This document shows, one piece after another, positions 11,370-21,719 of a stretch of DNA of 40,059 nucleotides. A program made the position numbers and the translations under genes. How positions within the stretch are numbered: the first letter of the stretch is position 1; the number at the start of each line of letters is the position of its first letter. The DNA is taken from the NCBI RefSeq assembly GCF_902466845.1, contig NZ_CABQSN010000001.1; one strand, given 5' to 3'. The stretch is from an uncultured Haemophilus sp. Lineage in GTDB: Bacteria > Pseudomonadota > Gammaproteobacteria > Enterobacterales > Pasteurellaceae. The notes below the pieces were generated by a model that saw only the letters and a list, made by a program, of their open reading frames with translations, was not told the origin of the DNA and searched no databases.

Positions 11370-11517
11370 AAAGCCTCGTTATTACACATTACGGCGATGA
11401 TGTTACTCAGAATTGAGCAACAAAAAATTCGCATATTAAAAATGAGCCGAGATTTTACAGATTTACCGACGGATAAGCTAGCAGATTTGAAAAACAAAGA
11501 AAATTTTGACCGCACTT

Positions 11518-11539
11518 CTTTGCGATCGCTATCGCAAAA
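11518..11539. promoter_or_regulatory. CRP-S (Sxy-dependent competence) site upstream of rlmN-pilW
   Basis: Perfect core TGCGA-TCGCTA-TCGCA at 11521-11536 with T/A flanks. Confidence 0.85.
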
Positions 11540-11670
11540 ATCAAAAAACAAAAGAAAAAAGTGCGATTAAAAAACTTTAAATTTTTTCTCTTTCACACAT
11601 CCCAAACCCTTACAAAAACTGATAGAATGTAAGCTTTGTTTTATTCTCTAAGTTGGCTATATTAAAAGAT

Positions 11671-12546
11671 ATGTTAAAAAAAGTGCTTTCTGTATTGTGT
11701 TTAGTGCCAGCAATGGCAACAGCACAATCTTATGTCGTGTATGATTTCACCCATGATCGCGTGCTCGAAAGTAGCTCACCGAATCACGTTCAACCTATCG
11801 CATCCGTCACCAAGTTAATGACTGCAAATGTGTTTCTTGAAAATAATCGAAACGCAAATTGTACTGCAGCGATTACTGACGACGATTACGATTACATTAA
11901 AGGCACACATACAAAATTACCAAAATACACGCCAATTTCTTGTAATGAATTATTAAAAGCGATGCTCGTTCATTCTGATAACTATGCTGCCCATGCACTT
12001 TCTCGCTCTGCGGGCATGAGTCGTTTGCAATTTATCCAAAAAATGAATGAGAAAGCACGAGAATTAGGTATGAGCTCTACTCGCTTTTCAGACAGTTCAG
12101 GTTTATCTGATAGCAACATTTCAAGTGCAATGGATTTAGTTAAGCTAGCCAAATACTCGCTCAATAAAGCACAAATCAAAAATCTTTCTAATATGCCAAG
12201 TGCCTTCATTCAAGCTGGCGGACGCAGTGTTTTCGTCAAAAACACCAATAAATTAGTGCGTGAAGAAGTCTTCGATGCAGCAATAAATAAAACCGGCTAT
12301 ATTCGCGAATCTGGCTATAATTTAGTTTTCGTGAATAAAAATCCATGTAATCACTCTACCATCGGTGTGATCAGTTTAAATAACCATTCATCCGCATTTC
12401 GTAGCAACTTTACGAAAGGAAAACTGGAACAATATGGCTGTACTGCTGGACGTAGCATGCAAAACTTTACCGTTGATGAAGCCCAATATGAAGAAGGCTA
12501 TGATGAAGCGGGTATGGATCGTCTAATCCAACAAGTTGGTGGTTAA
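11671..12546 (+). CDS. pbpG: D-alanyl-D-alanine endopeptidase/carboxypeptidase (peptidase S11, PBP7-like)
   Basis: Signal peptide, SxxK (SVTK), SxN (SDN) and KTG motifs; ATG at 11671 chosen over the TTG at 11653. Confidence 0.78.
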   Translation: MLKKVLSVLCLVPAMATAQSYVVYDFTHDRVLESSSPNHVQPIASVTKLMTANVFLENNRNANCTAAITDDDYDYIKGTHTKLPKYTPISCNELLKAMLVHSDNYAAHALSRSAGMSRLQFIQKMNEKARELGMSSTRFSDSSGLSDSNISSAMDLVKLAKYSLNKAQIKNLSNMPSAFIQAGGRSVFVKNTNKLVREEVFDAAINKTGYIRESGYNLVFVNKNPCNHSTIGVISLNNHSSAFRSNFTKGKLEQYGCTAGRSMQNFTVDEAQYEEGYDEAGMDRLIQQVGG

Positions 12547-12615
12547 TTATTTCAAAAAAGAGCGGTCAATTTTTCACAAAATTTTCCGCTTTTTAATTTT
12601 AATTGCCTATGGATT

Positions 12616-12630
12616 TGATAATTATTTTCA
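12616..12630. promoter_or_regulatory. Fur box upstream of yfeA
   Basis: TGATAAT-T-ATTTTCA, 13/14 to the 7-1-7 consensus; abuts a TTGAAA (12632) ... TGgTATTAT (12654-12659) promoter. Confidence 0.7.
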
Positions 12631-12700
12631 TTTGAAAAACTTATAAAAAATGGTATTATTCTGTAGAATGCTAATCAATCATTATTTTTAAGGAGATCTC

Positions 12701-13582
12701 ATGAAGCATTTATTTAAAAGCCTATCTGTTATCGCTCTAGGTTTAGCTGCTTTACAAGCCGAAGCGAAATTTAAAGTGGTGACCACATTTACTGTTATTC
12801 AGGATATCGCACAAAATGTTGCGGGCGATGCCGCGACGGTGGAATCTATCACCAAACCTGGTGCAGAAATTCACGAGTATGAACCAACCCCTAAAGATAT
12901 TGTAAAAGCTCAATCTGCTGATTTAATTTTATGGAACGGATTAAATTTAGAGCGTTGGTTTGAACGTTTCTTCCAAAATATCAAAGACAAACCAGCCGTT
13001 GTGGTAACCGAAGGTATCACACCACTTTCTATTTATGAAGGCCCTTATAAAGATGCACCTAACCCACACGCTTGGATGTCGCCATCTAATGCGTTGATTT
13101 ATGTCGAAAATATTAAAAATGCATTAGTTAAATACGATCCGCAAAATGCTGATACTTATCAAAAAAATGCGGCAGCTTATGCAGAAAAAATCAAACAACT
13201 CGATAAACCTTTACGTGAAAAACTCGCACAAATTCCTGCCAACCAACGTTGGTTAGTCACCAGTGAAGGCGCCTTTAGTTATTTAGCGAAAGATTACGAT
13301 CTCAAAGAAGGCTATTTATGGCCAATTAACGCTGAACAACAAGGTACGCCTCAACAAGTGCGTAAACTTATCAATTTAGTGAAAAAAAATCACATTCCTG
13401 TGGTATTTAGTGAAAGTACCGTGTCAGCCAAACCTGCTCAACAAGTAGCGAAAGAAAGCGGTGCCAAATACGGTGGCGTGCTTTATGTCGATTCCCTTTC
13501 TGCCGCTGACGGTCCTGTACCAACTTATATTGACTTACTGAATGTCACTGTATCCACCATAGTCAAAGGATTTGAAAAATAA
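12701..13582 (+). CDS. yfeA: Fe/Mn ABC transporter substrate-binding protein
   Basis: Cluster A-I motifs [26 protein letters not shown]. Confidence 0.92.
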   Translation: MKHLFKSLSVIALGLAALQAEAKFKVVTTFTVIQDIAQNVAGDAATVESITKPGAEIHEYEPTPKDIVKAQSADLILWNGLNLERWFERFFQNIKDKPAVVVTEGITPLSIYEGPYKDAPNPHAWMSPSNALIYVENIKNALVKYDPQNADTYQKNAAAYAEKIKQLDKPLREKLAQIPANQRWLVTSEGAFSYLAKDYDLKEGYLWPINAEQQGTPQQVRKLINLVKKNHIPVVFSESTVSAKPAQQVAKESGAKYGGVLYVDSLSAADGPVPTYIDLLNVTVSTIVKGFEK

Positions 13583-14478
13583 TGACTGCACTTTCCGCTT
13601 CTATTTCCGTTAATGACGTAACCATGCGTTACAACAACGGGCACACTGCAATTTATGATGTTACCTTTGCATTACAAGGGGGAACCATCTGTGCTCTTGT
13701 CGGCGTAAATGGGAGCGGAAAATCAACGCTATTCAAAAGCATCATGGGCTTAATTAAACCACAACAAGGCAATATTGCGCTTTGTGGTTTACCAATTAAT
13801 CGAGCGTTGAAACAAAATTTGGTTGCCTATGTGCCGCAAGCGGAAGAAGTCGATTGGCAATTTCCAGTCTCCGTTTATGATGTTGTCATGATGGGACGCT
13901 ACGGCTATATGAATTTCCTACGCATTCCAAAGGCTGAAGACAAACAAAAAGTGCTCGAAGCGATGCAACGAGTAAACATCGAGCATTTAGCTGAACGGCA
14001 AATCGGCGAGCTTTCTGGTGGGCAAAAAAAACGCGTATTTTTGGCTCGAGCATTAGCACAACAAAGTAAGATTATCTTACTCGATGAGCCTTTTACGGGT
14101 GTAGATGTTAAAACTGAAAATGCTATTGTGGAACTCCTTCGCCAATTACGTACTGAAGGCCATTTAATTTTAGTTTCTACCCACAACTTGGGTTCTGTAC
14201 CCGATTTCTGTGACCAAGTGGTGATGATTAACCGTACTGTGATTGCTGCCGGTAAAACGGAAGATACATTCAATCAGCATAATTTGGAAAAAGTCTTTGG
14301 TGGTGTATTACGACACATCAAATTATTAGGTGAAGATCTGCATAATGATGAAGATAAACGTGCGGTAACCGTTCTCACAGATGATGAACGCCCTGTTGTC
14401 TTTTATGGCGAAACCAAAAATGATCCGCCTGCAACGGCTGTAAAATCCTGCCGAGTGCCTCCGCATGACAAGGAATAA
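13582..14478 (+). CDS. yfeB: Fe/Mn ABC transporter ATP-binding protein
   Basis: [19 protein letters not shown]. Confidence 0.92.
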   Translation: MTALSASISVNDVTMRYNNGHTAIYDVTFALQGGTICALVGVNGSGKSTLFKSIMGLIKPQQGNIALCGLPINRALKQNLVAYVPQAEEVDWQFPVSVYDVVMMGRYGYMNFLRIPKAEDKQKVLEAMQRVNIEHLAERQIGELSGGQKKRVFLARALAQQSKIILLDEPFTGVDVKTENAIVELLRQLRTEGHLILVSTHNLGSVPDFCDQVVMINRTVIAAGKTEDTFNQHNLEKVFGGVLRHIKLLGEDLHNDEDKRAVTVLTDDERPVVFYGETKNDPPATAVKSCRVPPHDKE

Positions 14479-14481
14479 GCC

Positions 14482-15333
14482 ATGCTTGAATATTTGCTAG
14501 AACCTTTCTCCTATGAATATATGCAAAAAGCCATGTGGATAAGTGCCGCAGTTGGTGGCATTTGTGCCTTTCTTTCTGCCTATTTAATGTTGAAAGGCTG
14601 GTCATTAATTGGCGACGCACTCTCTCATTCGGTGGTACCGGGTGTGGCGATAGCTTATGCCTTTTCACTCCCCTATGCTTTAGGTGCTTTTTTTGCCGGC
14701 ATTTTGGCCGCACTTTCCATTTTATGGATCAAATCCATTTCTAAACTCAAAGAAGATGCCGTTATCGGCTTTATTTTCAGCACATTCTTTGCCTTGGGAT
14801 TGTTGATTATTTCTCTGAATCCAACTTCAATAAATGTGCAAAATATTATTCTCGGTAATATCCTCGGGATTGCCGATGAAGATATTTATCAAGTAGCCAT
14901 CATTATGTTGATTTGCTTGGTCTTATTGCTTATTTTTTGGAAGGATCTGTTACTGATTTTCTTTGATGAAACGCAAGCAATAACAGTTGGACTTTCGCCA
15001 CTGTTTTACAAAGTTCTCTTTTTTACTCTCTTGAGTGCTTGTGTCGTTGCGGCATTACAAACTGTCGGGGCGATTTTAGTGATTGCGATGGTAATCACGC
15101 CAGGCGCAACCGCCTATTTACTTACTGACAAGTTCAAAACTCTTATCAAAATTGCCGTAGCATTAGGCGCAATCACTGGTTTCGTCGGTGTCTATTTAAG
15201 CTATTATCTGGATGGCACAACAGGTGGTGTCATCGTGACATTGCAAACCTTGTTATTTTTATTGGCTTTTCTATTCTCGCCTAAATACGGATTAATGAGT
15301 CAAAAACGACGTAAGGCGGTGGATTATGACTGA
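14482..15333 (+). CDS. yfeC: Fe/Mn ABC transporter permease
   Basis: ABC-3 permease motif GDALSHSVVPG. Confidence 0.9.
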   Translation: MLEYLLEPFSYEYMQKAMWISAAVGGICAFLSAYLMLKGWSLIGDALSHSVVPGVAIAYAFSLPYALGAFFAGILAALSILWIKSISKLKEDAVIGFIFSTFFALGLLIISLNPTSINVQNIILGNILGIADEDIYQVAIIMLICLVLLLIFWKDLLLIFFDETQAITVGLSPLFYKVLFFTLLSACVVAALQTVGAILVIAMVITPGATAYLLTDKFKTLIKIAVALGAITGFVGVYLSYYLDGTTGGVIVTLQTLLFLLAFLFSPKYGLMSQKRRKAVDYD

Positions 15334-16159
15334 GATGTTCGCCATTTTCGTTGAGCCATTTCAATTTGCCTTTATGCAAAATGCGTTACTTACCGCATTA
15401 GTAGTTGCCGTTATCTGTGCACTACTCTCTTGCTATTTGGTGTTGAAAGGTTGGTCATTAATGGGTGATGCCATTTCCCATGCTGTCCTACCTGGCATTG
15501 TCCTAGCTTTTCTAGCCGGTATTCCATTAGTGATTGGTGCCTTTGTTTCAGGTATTGCCTGTGCCTTAGGTGTAGGTTATTTAAAAGAGAACAGTCGAAT
15601 CAAAGAAGATACCGCGATGGGGATTGTATTTTCGGGAATGTTTGCCCTTGGTTTGGTGTTGTTCACTAAAATCCAAACCTCACAACATCTTACACATATC
15701 TTATTTGGAAATGTATTGGGTGTAAGCCGACAAGAGCTGATTCAAACGGCTATCATCGCCTTGATTATTTTTATTTTGCTTGGCTTAAAGCGTCGTGATT
15801 TTCTGCTTTATTGCTTTGATCCTAGCCATACCCGTGTTGCAGGTCTCTCGCCTAAATTACTGCACTATGGCTTACTCACATTACTCGCACTCACCATTGT
15901 GAGTACGATGCAAGTCGTTGGGGTTATTTTGGTTGTAGCGATGCTAATTGCGCCTGGCATCACTGCGCTAACCCTGACGAATCGCTTCGATAAAATGCTT
16001 GTTATCGCGATCATTAGTGCTGTAACTGCAAGTCTACTAGGCGTGCTACTTAGCTATCATTTTGATGCGTCCACAGGTGCATGTATTATTTTGTTACAGG
16101 CCATATTTTTCTTAATTGCGCTAATTTATAGCAAAATAAAAGTGCGGTTAAATTTCTAA
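15326..16159 (+). CDS. yfeD: Fe/Mn ABC transporter permease
   Basis: GDAISHAVLPG; second permease of the operon. Confidence 0.9.
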   Translation: MTEMFAIFVEPFQFAFMQNALLTALVVAVICALLSCYLVLKGWSLMGDAISHAVLPGIVLAFLAGIPLVIGAFVSGIACALGVGYLKENSRIKEDTAMGIVFSGMFALGLVLFTKIQTSQHLTHILFGNVLGVSRQELIQTAIIALIIFILLGLKRRDFLLYCFDPSHTRVAGLSPKLLHYGLLTLLALTIVSTMQVVGVILVVAMLIAPGITALTLTNRFDKMLVIAIISAVTASLLGVLLSYHFDASTGACIILLQAIFFLIALIYSKIKVRLNF

Positions 16160-16161
16160 AT

Positions 16162-16191
16162 AAAAAAAGCTAACAGAAATGTTAGCTTTTT
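16162..16191. terminator. Bidirectional terminator between yfeD and rlmC
   Basis: AAAAAGCTAACA-GAAA-TGTTAGCTTTTT. Confidence 0.85.
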
Positions 16192-16192
16192 A

Positions 16193-17365
16193 TTAGGAAT
16201 TGAGTTTCAACAATATCAGTGCTTCATAATGCGCTGTATGCGGGAACATATCAAATAATTGAATTTGAGTAAGTTTATAATTGGTTAGATGCTGCAAATC
16301 TTTTCCCATGGAAATCGCGTTACAGCTGGAATAAAGAATAAAGTTCGGTTGCATTTCATTGAGAAACTCAGCGAGTTCCTTTCCGATACCTCGACGAGGC
16401 GGATTGACGATCACTAAATCGGGTTTGTTTTCATCTTGTGTTAAAGCAAAATTAGCGGCATCCAAAGATTGGAATTTAACGTTGTTTAGCCCTAACACCT
16501 GAGCGGATTGAGTCGCCGCTTGAATAGCAGATGGGGAAATTTCAATCCCGGTCAATTCCACTTCTTGTTGATGTTTATCCTGTAAAGCTTTAGCGCAATG
16601 AAGTCCAAAACCTCCAACGCCACAAAAGAGATCCCAAAGTTTAGTAATCGGTAAATCTTGCACCCAATCTTGTGCCGTTGCATATAGCCCTTGTGCTACA
16701 AGTGGGTTCGTTTGGAAGAAACCTTGAGGGCGAATAAATAGCGGAATACCGTTAAAGCTCTCTGATAAGGTGTGCTGGTCCGTCAAAAAGATTTCTTTCT
16801 CGCCTTCTAAGATCGCAGCATGATTAGGTTGGATATTCACACTCACCACTTCAAGCTGTGGTAATTTTTCCAATAAACCTGCAAATTCACGTTGAATTAA
16901 CGGCAATTTAGTTTCTGAACGCAATACAAAACGCAACATCAATTTTTTTGTATGTTGGCTTTCTGTGAGCAGAATATATTTGAGCTCACCTTTTTGCTTA
17001 GCCACGTTATAAGGGACTAAACCAGCGCGTCCAATGAAATCTTTTAGAATCGGGAATAGCTCTGCAAAACGTTGCGGATAAAGCGGACAATCACATAAAT
17101 CTACCGCACTTTGAGGATCATTCGGGTCTTGTAAAATACCTAGAATGGGACGTTCCACCGCGCCACTTACGACCATTTTGGCTTTATTACGAAAGGCAGA
17201 CTCGGAGGAATAAAAAGGCGGATGCCAAATTAAATTATCACAATCTAATTTGGCAAGTTGTTGTTTTAGATGCTCTTCTTTCTTGGTGAGTTGCTGTTCA
17301 TAAGGCATTTCAAGCCATTGACAAGAACGGCAATCGCCTTTTTGATAATGATGGCAATCAATCAT
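16193..17365 (-). CDS. rlmC: 23S rRNA (uracil-747-C5)-methyltransferase
   Basis: N-terminal Fe-S cysteines (CRSC), FFQTN, DLFCGVG, VNPPRRG, YSSCN, DMFPHT; no TRAM domain. Confidence 0.93.
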   Translation of the reverse strand: MIDCHHYQKGDCRSCQWLEMPYEQQLTKKEEHLKQQLAKLDCDNLIWHPPFYSSESAFRNKAKMVVSGAVERPILGILQDPNDPQSAVDLCDCPLYPQRFAELFPILKDFIGRAGLVPYNVAKQKGELKYILLTESQHTKKLMLRFVLRSETKLPLIQREFAGLLEKLPQLEVVSVNIQPNHAAILEGEKEIFLTDQHTLSESFNGIPLFIRPQGFFQTNPLVAQGLYATAQDWVQDLPITKLWDLFCGVGGFGLHCAKALQDKHQQEVELTGIEISPSAIQAATQSAQVLGLNNVKFQSLDAANFALTQDENKPDLVIVNPPRRGIGKELAEFLNEMQPNFILYSSCNAISMGKDLQHLTNYKLTQIQLFDMFPHTAHYEALILLKLNS

Positions 17366-18405
17366 TTAGAAGCAAGCCACTCTTGTTGAAGTGCGGTCAG
17401 TTTTTGATGATTTTCAATCCAACGCGAAGTTTTTGTGAGTTCTGACCAATCAAAGGATTTTTGTTTAAAGAGCGATTTCAAGCGAGCTTGGCGTGCTGCG
17501 AAATGCTCCGTTGTTTCCTCTAACTTCAGATTATCAAGCACTTGAATGGCACCCTCTCGTTCATTACAAAGCAATAATAAGTCACAACCAGCCTTCAAGG
17601 CTTTTTCACTACGAGCCACAAAATCACCCATAAAGCCTGCGCCTTTCATGCCTAAATCATCAGAGAAAATCGCCCCCTGGAAGCCCAACTGTTTACGCAA
17701 AATCTCTTTTAGCCAATAACTCGAACCGCTTGCTGGCTGGCTATCACATTGAGTATAAATGACGTGAGCCGGCATAATCGCATCAAGCTTACTCTGTTGA
17801 ATTAATTGCTGAAATGGCAAAATATCATGATTAAAAATCACTTCTTTTGCACGCTCATCATAAGGGGTTTCAAGATGAGAATCGGCTAAAACATGGCCGT
17901 GTCCAGGGAAATGTTTCCCTGTTGTCGCCATGCCTGCTTGGTGCATACCATCAATAAAAGCAGCTGCCAAATTGACCGCACTTTTTACATCACAGCCAAA
18001 ACTACGATCACCAATCGCACGACATTCGTGACCTAAATCCAACACCGGAGCAAAACTCAAATCAATATCTAACGCCACCATTTCAGCCGCCATTTGCCAA
18101 CCCGCTTCTTTTGCTATTTGCTGTTGCTGATCTGAATCTTTAACTAATGTCGCAAAAGCCTGCATTGCAGGGAGCTGAGTGAAACCTTCACGGAAACGTT
18201 GCACTCTCCCACCTTCTTGATCGACCGTGATCAATAAAGGCTTTTTTACTCGCTGACGAATGGATTTAATTAGCGCTTGAACTTGCTGACGATCATAAAA
18301 ATTGCGGGTAAATAAAATCAAACCAGCAACTAAAGGATGTTCCAGTAATTCAACTTCTTCTTGTTTGAGTTCATGACCTTCAAGGTCAATTAATAATGTG
18401 GACAT
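17362..18405 (-). CDS. nagZ: Beta-N-acetylhexosaminidase (GH3)
   Basis: [17 protein letters not shown]...DSH, SDDLGM. Confidence 0.96.
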   Translation of the reverse strand: MSTLLIDLEGHELKQEEVELLEHPLVAGLILFTRNFYDRQQVQALIKSIRQRVKKPLLITVDQEGGRVQRFREGFTQLPAMQAFATLVKDSDQQQQIAKEAGWQMAAEMVALDIDLSFAPVLDLGHECRAIGDRSFGCDVKSAVNLAAAFIDGMHQAGMATTGKHFPGHGHVLADSHLETPYDERAKEVIFNHDILPFQQLIQQSKLDAIMPAHVIYTQCDSQPASGSSYWLKEILRKQLGFQGAIFSDDLGMKGAGFMGDFVARSEKALKAGCDLLLLCNEREGAIQVLDNLKLEETTEHFAARQARLKSLFKQKSFDWSELTKTSRWIENHQKLTALQQEWLASK

Positions 18406-18408
18406 AAA

Positions 18409-18756
18409 CTATTGTAAATAAAGACGATAATTGGTGCTTTCTGTGCTTGGTTTTGGTAGTTCAAACACTTTCTTTTCTTGCGGTTGCAATAAAATATTGC
18501 CTGATTGGCTTTCTTGCTGATTCGGCCAAACTTGCGTTACACCTTGTGTGTTATACCAATAAAGATGGTAAAGCACATTGAGCTGTTGCGTAGTTTTATT
18601 TTTTAAAGCCGCGGTATTATCCGACAAATCGACATCTAAAGCCGGTGCTAAATTTGCCGCCATATTTAAAATCGGTTTATTTGTTCCCACAATATTTGGT
18701 GCAGATGAACAAGCCGTTAAAAATAATACCGTTGCTGTAATTAGGATCTTTTTCAT
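18409..18756 (-). CDS. ycfL: YcfL family lipoprotein
   Basis: Lipobox LTAC, YHLYWY..QG; hinT-ycfL-nagZ order. Confidence 0.8.
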   Translation of the reverse strand: MKKILITATVLFLTACSSAPNIVGTNKPILNMAANLAPALDVDLSDNTAALKNKTTQQLNVLYHLYWYNTQGVTQVWPNQQESQSGNILLQPQEKKVFELPKPSTESTNYRLYLQ

Positions 18757-19106
18757 TATTTCGCCAACATTCTACCTAAAGGTTCACCACCAACAAGATG
18801 CATATGAATATGAAATACTTCTTGTCCACCGTGTTTATTACAATTCACGATCAAACGATAACCGTCTTCGGCAATGCCTTCTTCTTTAGCAATTTTAGCC
18901 GCGACAGTAAATAAGCGGCCCAAGGTAACTTCATCTTGTTCTGTCACGTCATTAACCGTTGGAATGACTTTATTTGGGATAATCAAAATATGGGTTTTCG
19001 CTTGAGGTGAAATATCTCGGAATGCGGTCACTAATTCATCTTGATAAACAATATTGGCAGGGATTTCTTTGCGAATAATTTTGCTGAAAATGGTTTCTTG
19101 AGCCAT
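18756..19106 (-). CDS. hinT: Purine nucleoside phosphoramidase (HIT family)
   Basis: [19 protein letters not shown] histidine triad. Confidence 0.94.
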   Translation of the reverse strand: MAQETIFSKIIRKEIPANIVYQDELVTAFRDISPQAKTHILIIPNKVIPTVNDVTEQDEVTLGRLFTVAAKIAKEEGIAEDGYRLIVNCNKHGGQEVFHIHMHLVGGEPLGRMLAK

Positions 19107-19130
19107 AGTCTTCTCCTTGTTTTATATAAA

Positions 19131-19158
19131 AAAGTGCGGTCAAAATTTACCGCACTTT
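19131..19158. terminator. Inverted pair of uptake sequences forming a hairpin downstream of ppiD
   Basis: AAAGTGCGGT-CAAAATTT-ACCGCACTTT, followed by a T-run on the minus strand. Confidence 0.75.
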
Positions 19159-19206
19159 GCTTTTATTTTCCATCAGAAATTGATGATGAATGATATTTCA
19201 ATCGGC

Positions 19207-21084
19207 TTAGTGAGCTGCACCTTCTTCTGAATCATCTTGATTAATAAAGGTATTATTAATCTCAATTTGTGCTTTTTCACGTAATGCTTGCATTAACTGT
19301 CCTTGCAATTCACCTTGACGTGCACGAACCAGTTGAGTGCTAAATTTCGCTAATTCTTGCTCACTTAAAGTAGGTTCTTCTACACGTTCAAGGGCAACCA
19401 CAACCACATCACCTTTGCTGTTACGAGCAACTTGATAAGCCGCTTTACCATCTTGTGGTTTTGCAATAGCAAATACACCTTCATAAAGCACTGGATCTTT
19501 ATTATCCACTAACGTAAAGGTTTGTGGCTCACCAAAACTAATACCTGCCGGTAATTTGGTTGGATCGGCTGATAGCGCTTTAACGGCTTGCTCTGCTTTT
19601 TCAGCCAATACTTTATCGGCTTTTTCACGTTTTAAGAATTGCTCAATCGTTGATTTTGCTTCATCAAGGCTTTGTAAACCTTCAGCTTTGTGATCCACGA
19701 CACGTACCACAACAAATTCATTTTCACCAACAGTTAATGGTTCAGAATTTGCGCCGCCGTTTGTAATATCAGATTCAAAAATGGCAGAAGTCACATTTGG
19801 GAAATTTAATGCCGCAGGGACATTATTTTTACCAAAGTAATCTGTATCTTCTACTTTCACGCCTGCGGCTTCCGCTACCGCAGCTAATGAATCACTGCTT
19901 TCTGCTGCTTTTTCACGAACGGCTTTTTCTACTGCTTGGAAACGGCTTTCTGCTAAGTTTTTACGCACAGTATCCGCGATTTGTTCTTTCACTTCTTCTA
20001 AAGTACGTTCTTTACGATCTTGCACTAAAATAATATGGTAAGCCCCATCCACATTAACTGGTGTGCTATATTGACCAACATTTAATAATAATGCTGCATC
20101 TTCAAAGTTTTTCGGTAATTCGTTGTCTTTTACCCAACCTAATTCACCGCCTTGAGCACCAGAAAGTTTATCAATGGATTTTGTTTTTGCTAACTCAGCA
20201 AAATCAGCACCTTTTTTCAGTTCTTGATAAACGGAATCCGCTTCTTTCTCAGTTGATAATTGAATATGTGCTAATTTTTGGCTAATGAATTGCGCTTTAT
20301 TTTCTTGATAATATTGCGCAATTTGTGTTTCAGTTACAGGTTGTAATTTACCTAATGCATTCGCTGAAACGCGAATATATTGCACTTTCGCCTGTTCAGG
20401 TTGAACAAGTGATTTCGCATTCGCATCGTAATACGCTTTAATTTCTTCGTCCGTTACTTTTTGTTTTGCAATTTCATCGGCTAATGGAAGAGTTACAAGA
20501 CGAGCGATACGTTTTTGGAAAAAGACTTGTGCGTTATCTTTTACTTGGGCTGGTACAACAAACTCACTGTCTGCCAAACCGTTTTGCATTTGTTCAAGTG
20601 TTAATGCATTACGTAAAATAGCCGCATAAGTATCTGACGTTAAACCATTTTGAGTCAATAATTGTTGATAACGGGTATTATCAAATTTACCGTTAGATTG
20701 TAAGTTAGGATCGCTTACAATCGCACGTTTGATCATGTCGTCACTTACACCTAATTTTAATTCTTTCGCATATTGACGGATTAATTCTTGATCCACTAAA
20801 CGTTGAATTAAATTTTGACGAAGTGCGGTCACAAATTCCACCGAGTCAGTTTTCGCTAGGAAGCCCTCGCCTTCTTGTTGAGCTCGCGCTTCAAACTCTT
20901 GGTTATAACGATTTAAGAAATCTTGTTGAGAGATGGTTTCGCCATTTACTTTTGCCGCAAAACTATCATTGCTGCTATACAGATAACCTGACATCCCACC
21001 AATCAAAAATGAAACTGGAATTAAAGCAAAGATCGCTTTTCCGATAAAGCTATGGGCGATGCCATGCATTTTTTCAATTAACAT
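19207..21084 (-). CDS. ppiD: Periplasmic chaperone/peptidylprolyl isomerase PpiD
   Basis: N-terminal TM helix, SurA_N-like region (AKVNGETI), parvulin domain (FAELAKTKSID...GGELGW). Confidence 0.9.
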   Translation of the reverse strand: MLIEKMHGIAHSFIGKAIFALIPVSFLIGGMSGYLYSSNDSFAAKVNGETISQQDFLNRYNQEFEARAQQEGEGFLAKTDSVEFVTALRQNLIQRLVDQELIRQYAKELKLGVSDDMIKRAIVSDPNLQSNGKFDNTRYQQLLTQNGLTSDTYAAILRNALTLEQMQNGLADSEFVVPAQVKDNAQVFFQKRIARLVTLPLADEIAKQKVTDEEIKAYYDANAKSLVQPEQAKVQYIRVSANALGKLQPVTETQIAQYYQENKAQFISQKLAHIQLSTEKEADSVYQELKKGADFAELAKTKSIDKLSGAQGGELGWVKDNELPKNFEDAALLLNVGQYSTPVNVDGAYHIILVQDRKERTLEEVKEQIADTVRKNLAESRFQAVEKAVREKAAESSDSLAAVAEAAGVKVEDTDYFGKNNVPAALNFPNVTSAIFESDITNGGANSEPLTVGENEFVVVRVVDHKAEGLQSLDEAKSTIEQFLKREKADKVLAEKAEQAVKALSADPTKLPAGISFGEPQTFTLVDNKDPVLYEGVFAIAKPQDGKAAYQVARNSKGDVVVVALERVEEPTLSEQELAKFSTQLVRARQGELQGQLMQALREKAQIEINNTFINQDDSEEGAAH

Positions 21085-21151
21085 TCAATTATTACCCTTT
21101 TAAAAAAGACAAAGTTCGTAAGATTATAATCTAAAAGGCGAAAATTCGCAC

Positions 21152-21709
21152 TTAAAAAACACCATGTTCGTGTAGGATTTTCACAGCCATGACTAATAAC
21201 ACTAAACCGCCAAAAATCTCTGCTTTGCTTTTGAATTTTTTCCCTAAAAAATGACCGCTCTTTACGCCAATAAAAGAGATGACAAAGGTTGTTAAACCAA
21301 TGATGAAGACAGCCAACAAAATGTCCACGGAAAGAAAAGCAAAAGAGACACCAATGGCTAACGCATCAATACTCGTTGCCACACCAAGTGTTAGCAAGTG
21401 TTTTAAACTAATCAATGAGGGAGCGGGTTCATCATCCGAGCTAAGTCCTTCTCGAATCATATTCACACCGATGAGCGCAAGCAAAACAAAGGCAACCCAA
21501 TGATCCCAATTTTGAATCATCTGACTAAATTGCAATCCAACAACATAGCCTATCGCAGGCATGATGCCTTGGAATAACCCAAAGCAACATGCAATAGCTA
21601 ATGCTTGTTTCCAACGAAAAGCCCGCATTGCTAAGCCTTTAGAGATGGAAACTGCAAAGGCATCCATCGAGAGACCAAGAGCAATGACCCACAACATATG
21701 AAAAGTCAT
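21152..21709 (-). CDS. mntP: Manganese efflux pump MntP
   Basis: Duplicated motifs LSMDAFAVS and ATSIDALAIG; 185 aa membrane protein. Confidence 0.9.
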   Translation of the reverse strand: MTFHMLWVIALGLSMDAFAVSISKGLAMRAFRWKQALAIACCFGLFQGIMPAIGYVVGLQFSQMIQNWDHWVAFVLLALIGVNMIREGLSSDDEPAPSLISLKHLLTLGVATSIDALAIGVSFAFLSVDILLAVFIIGLTTFVISFIGVKSGHFLGKKFKSKAEIFGGLVLLVMAVKILHEHGVF

Positions 21710-21719
21710 AAACTACAAG

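Noticed and set aside
11518..16139. A 4.6 kb gap without exact uptake sequences as a sign of horizontal transfer
   Set aside because: Near-match copies are present (e.g. about 12558 and 14358), the genes are typical Pasteurellaceae core genes, and no mobility signals flank the region
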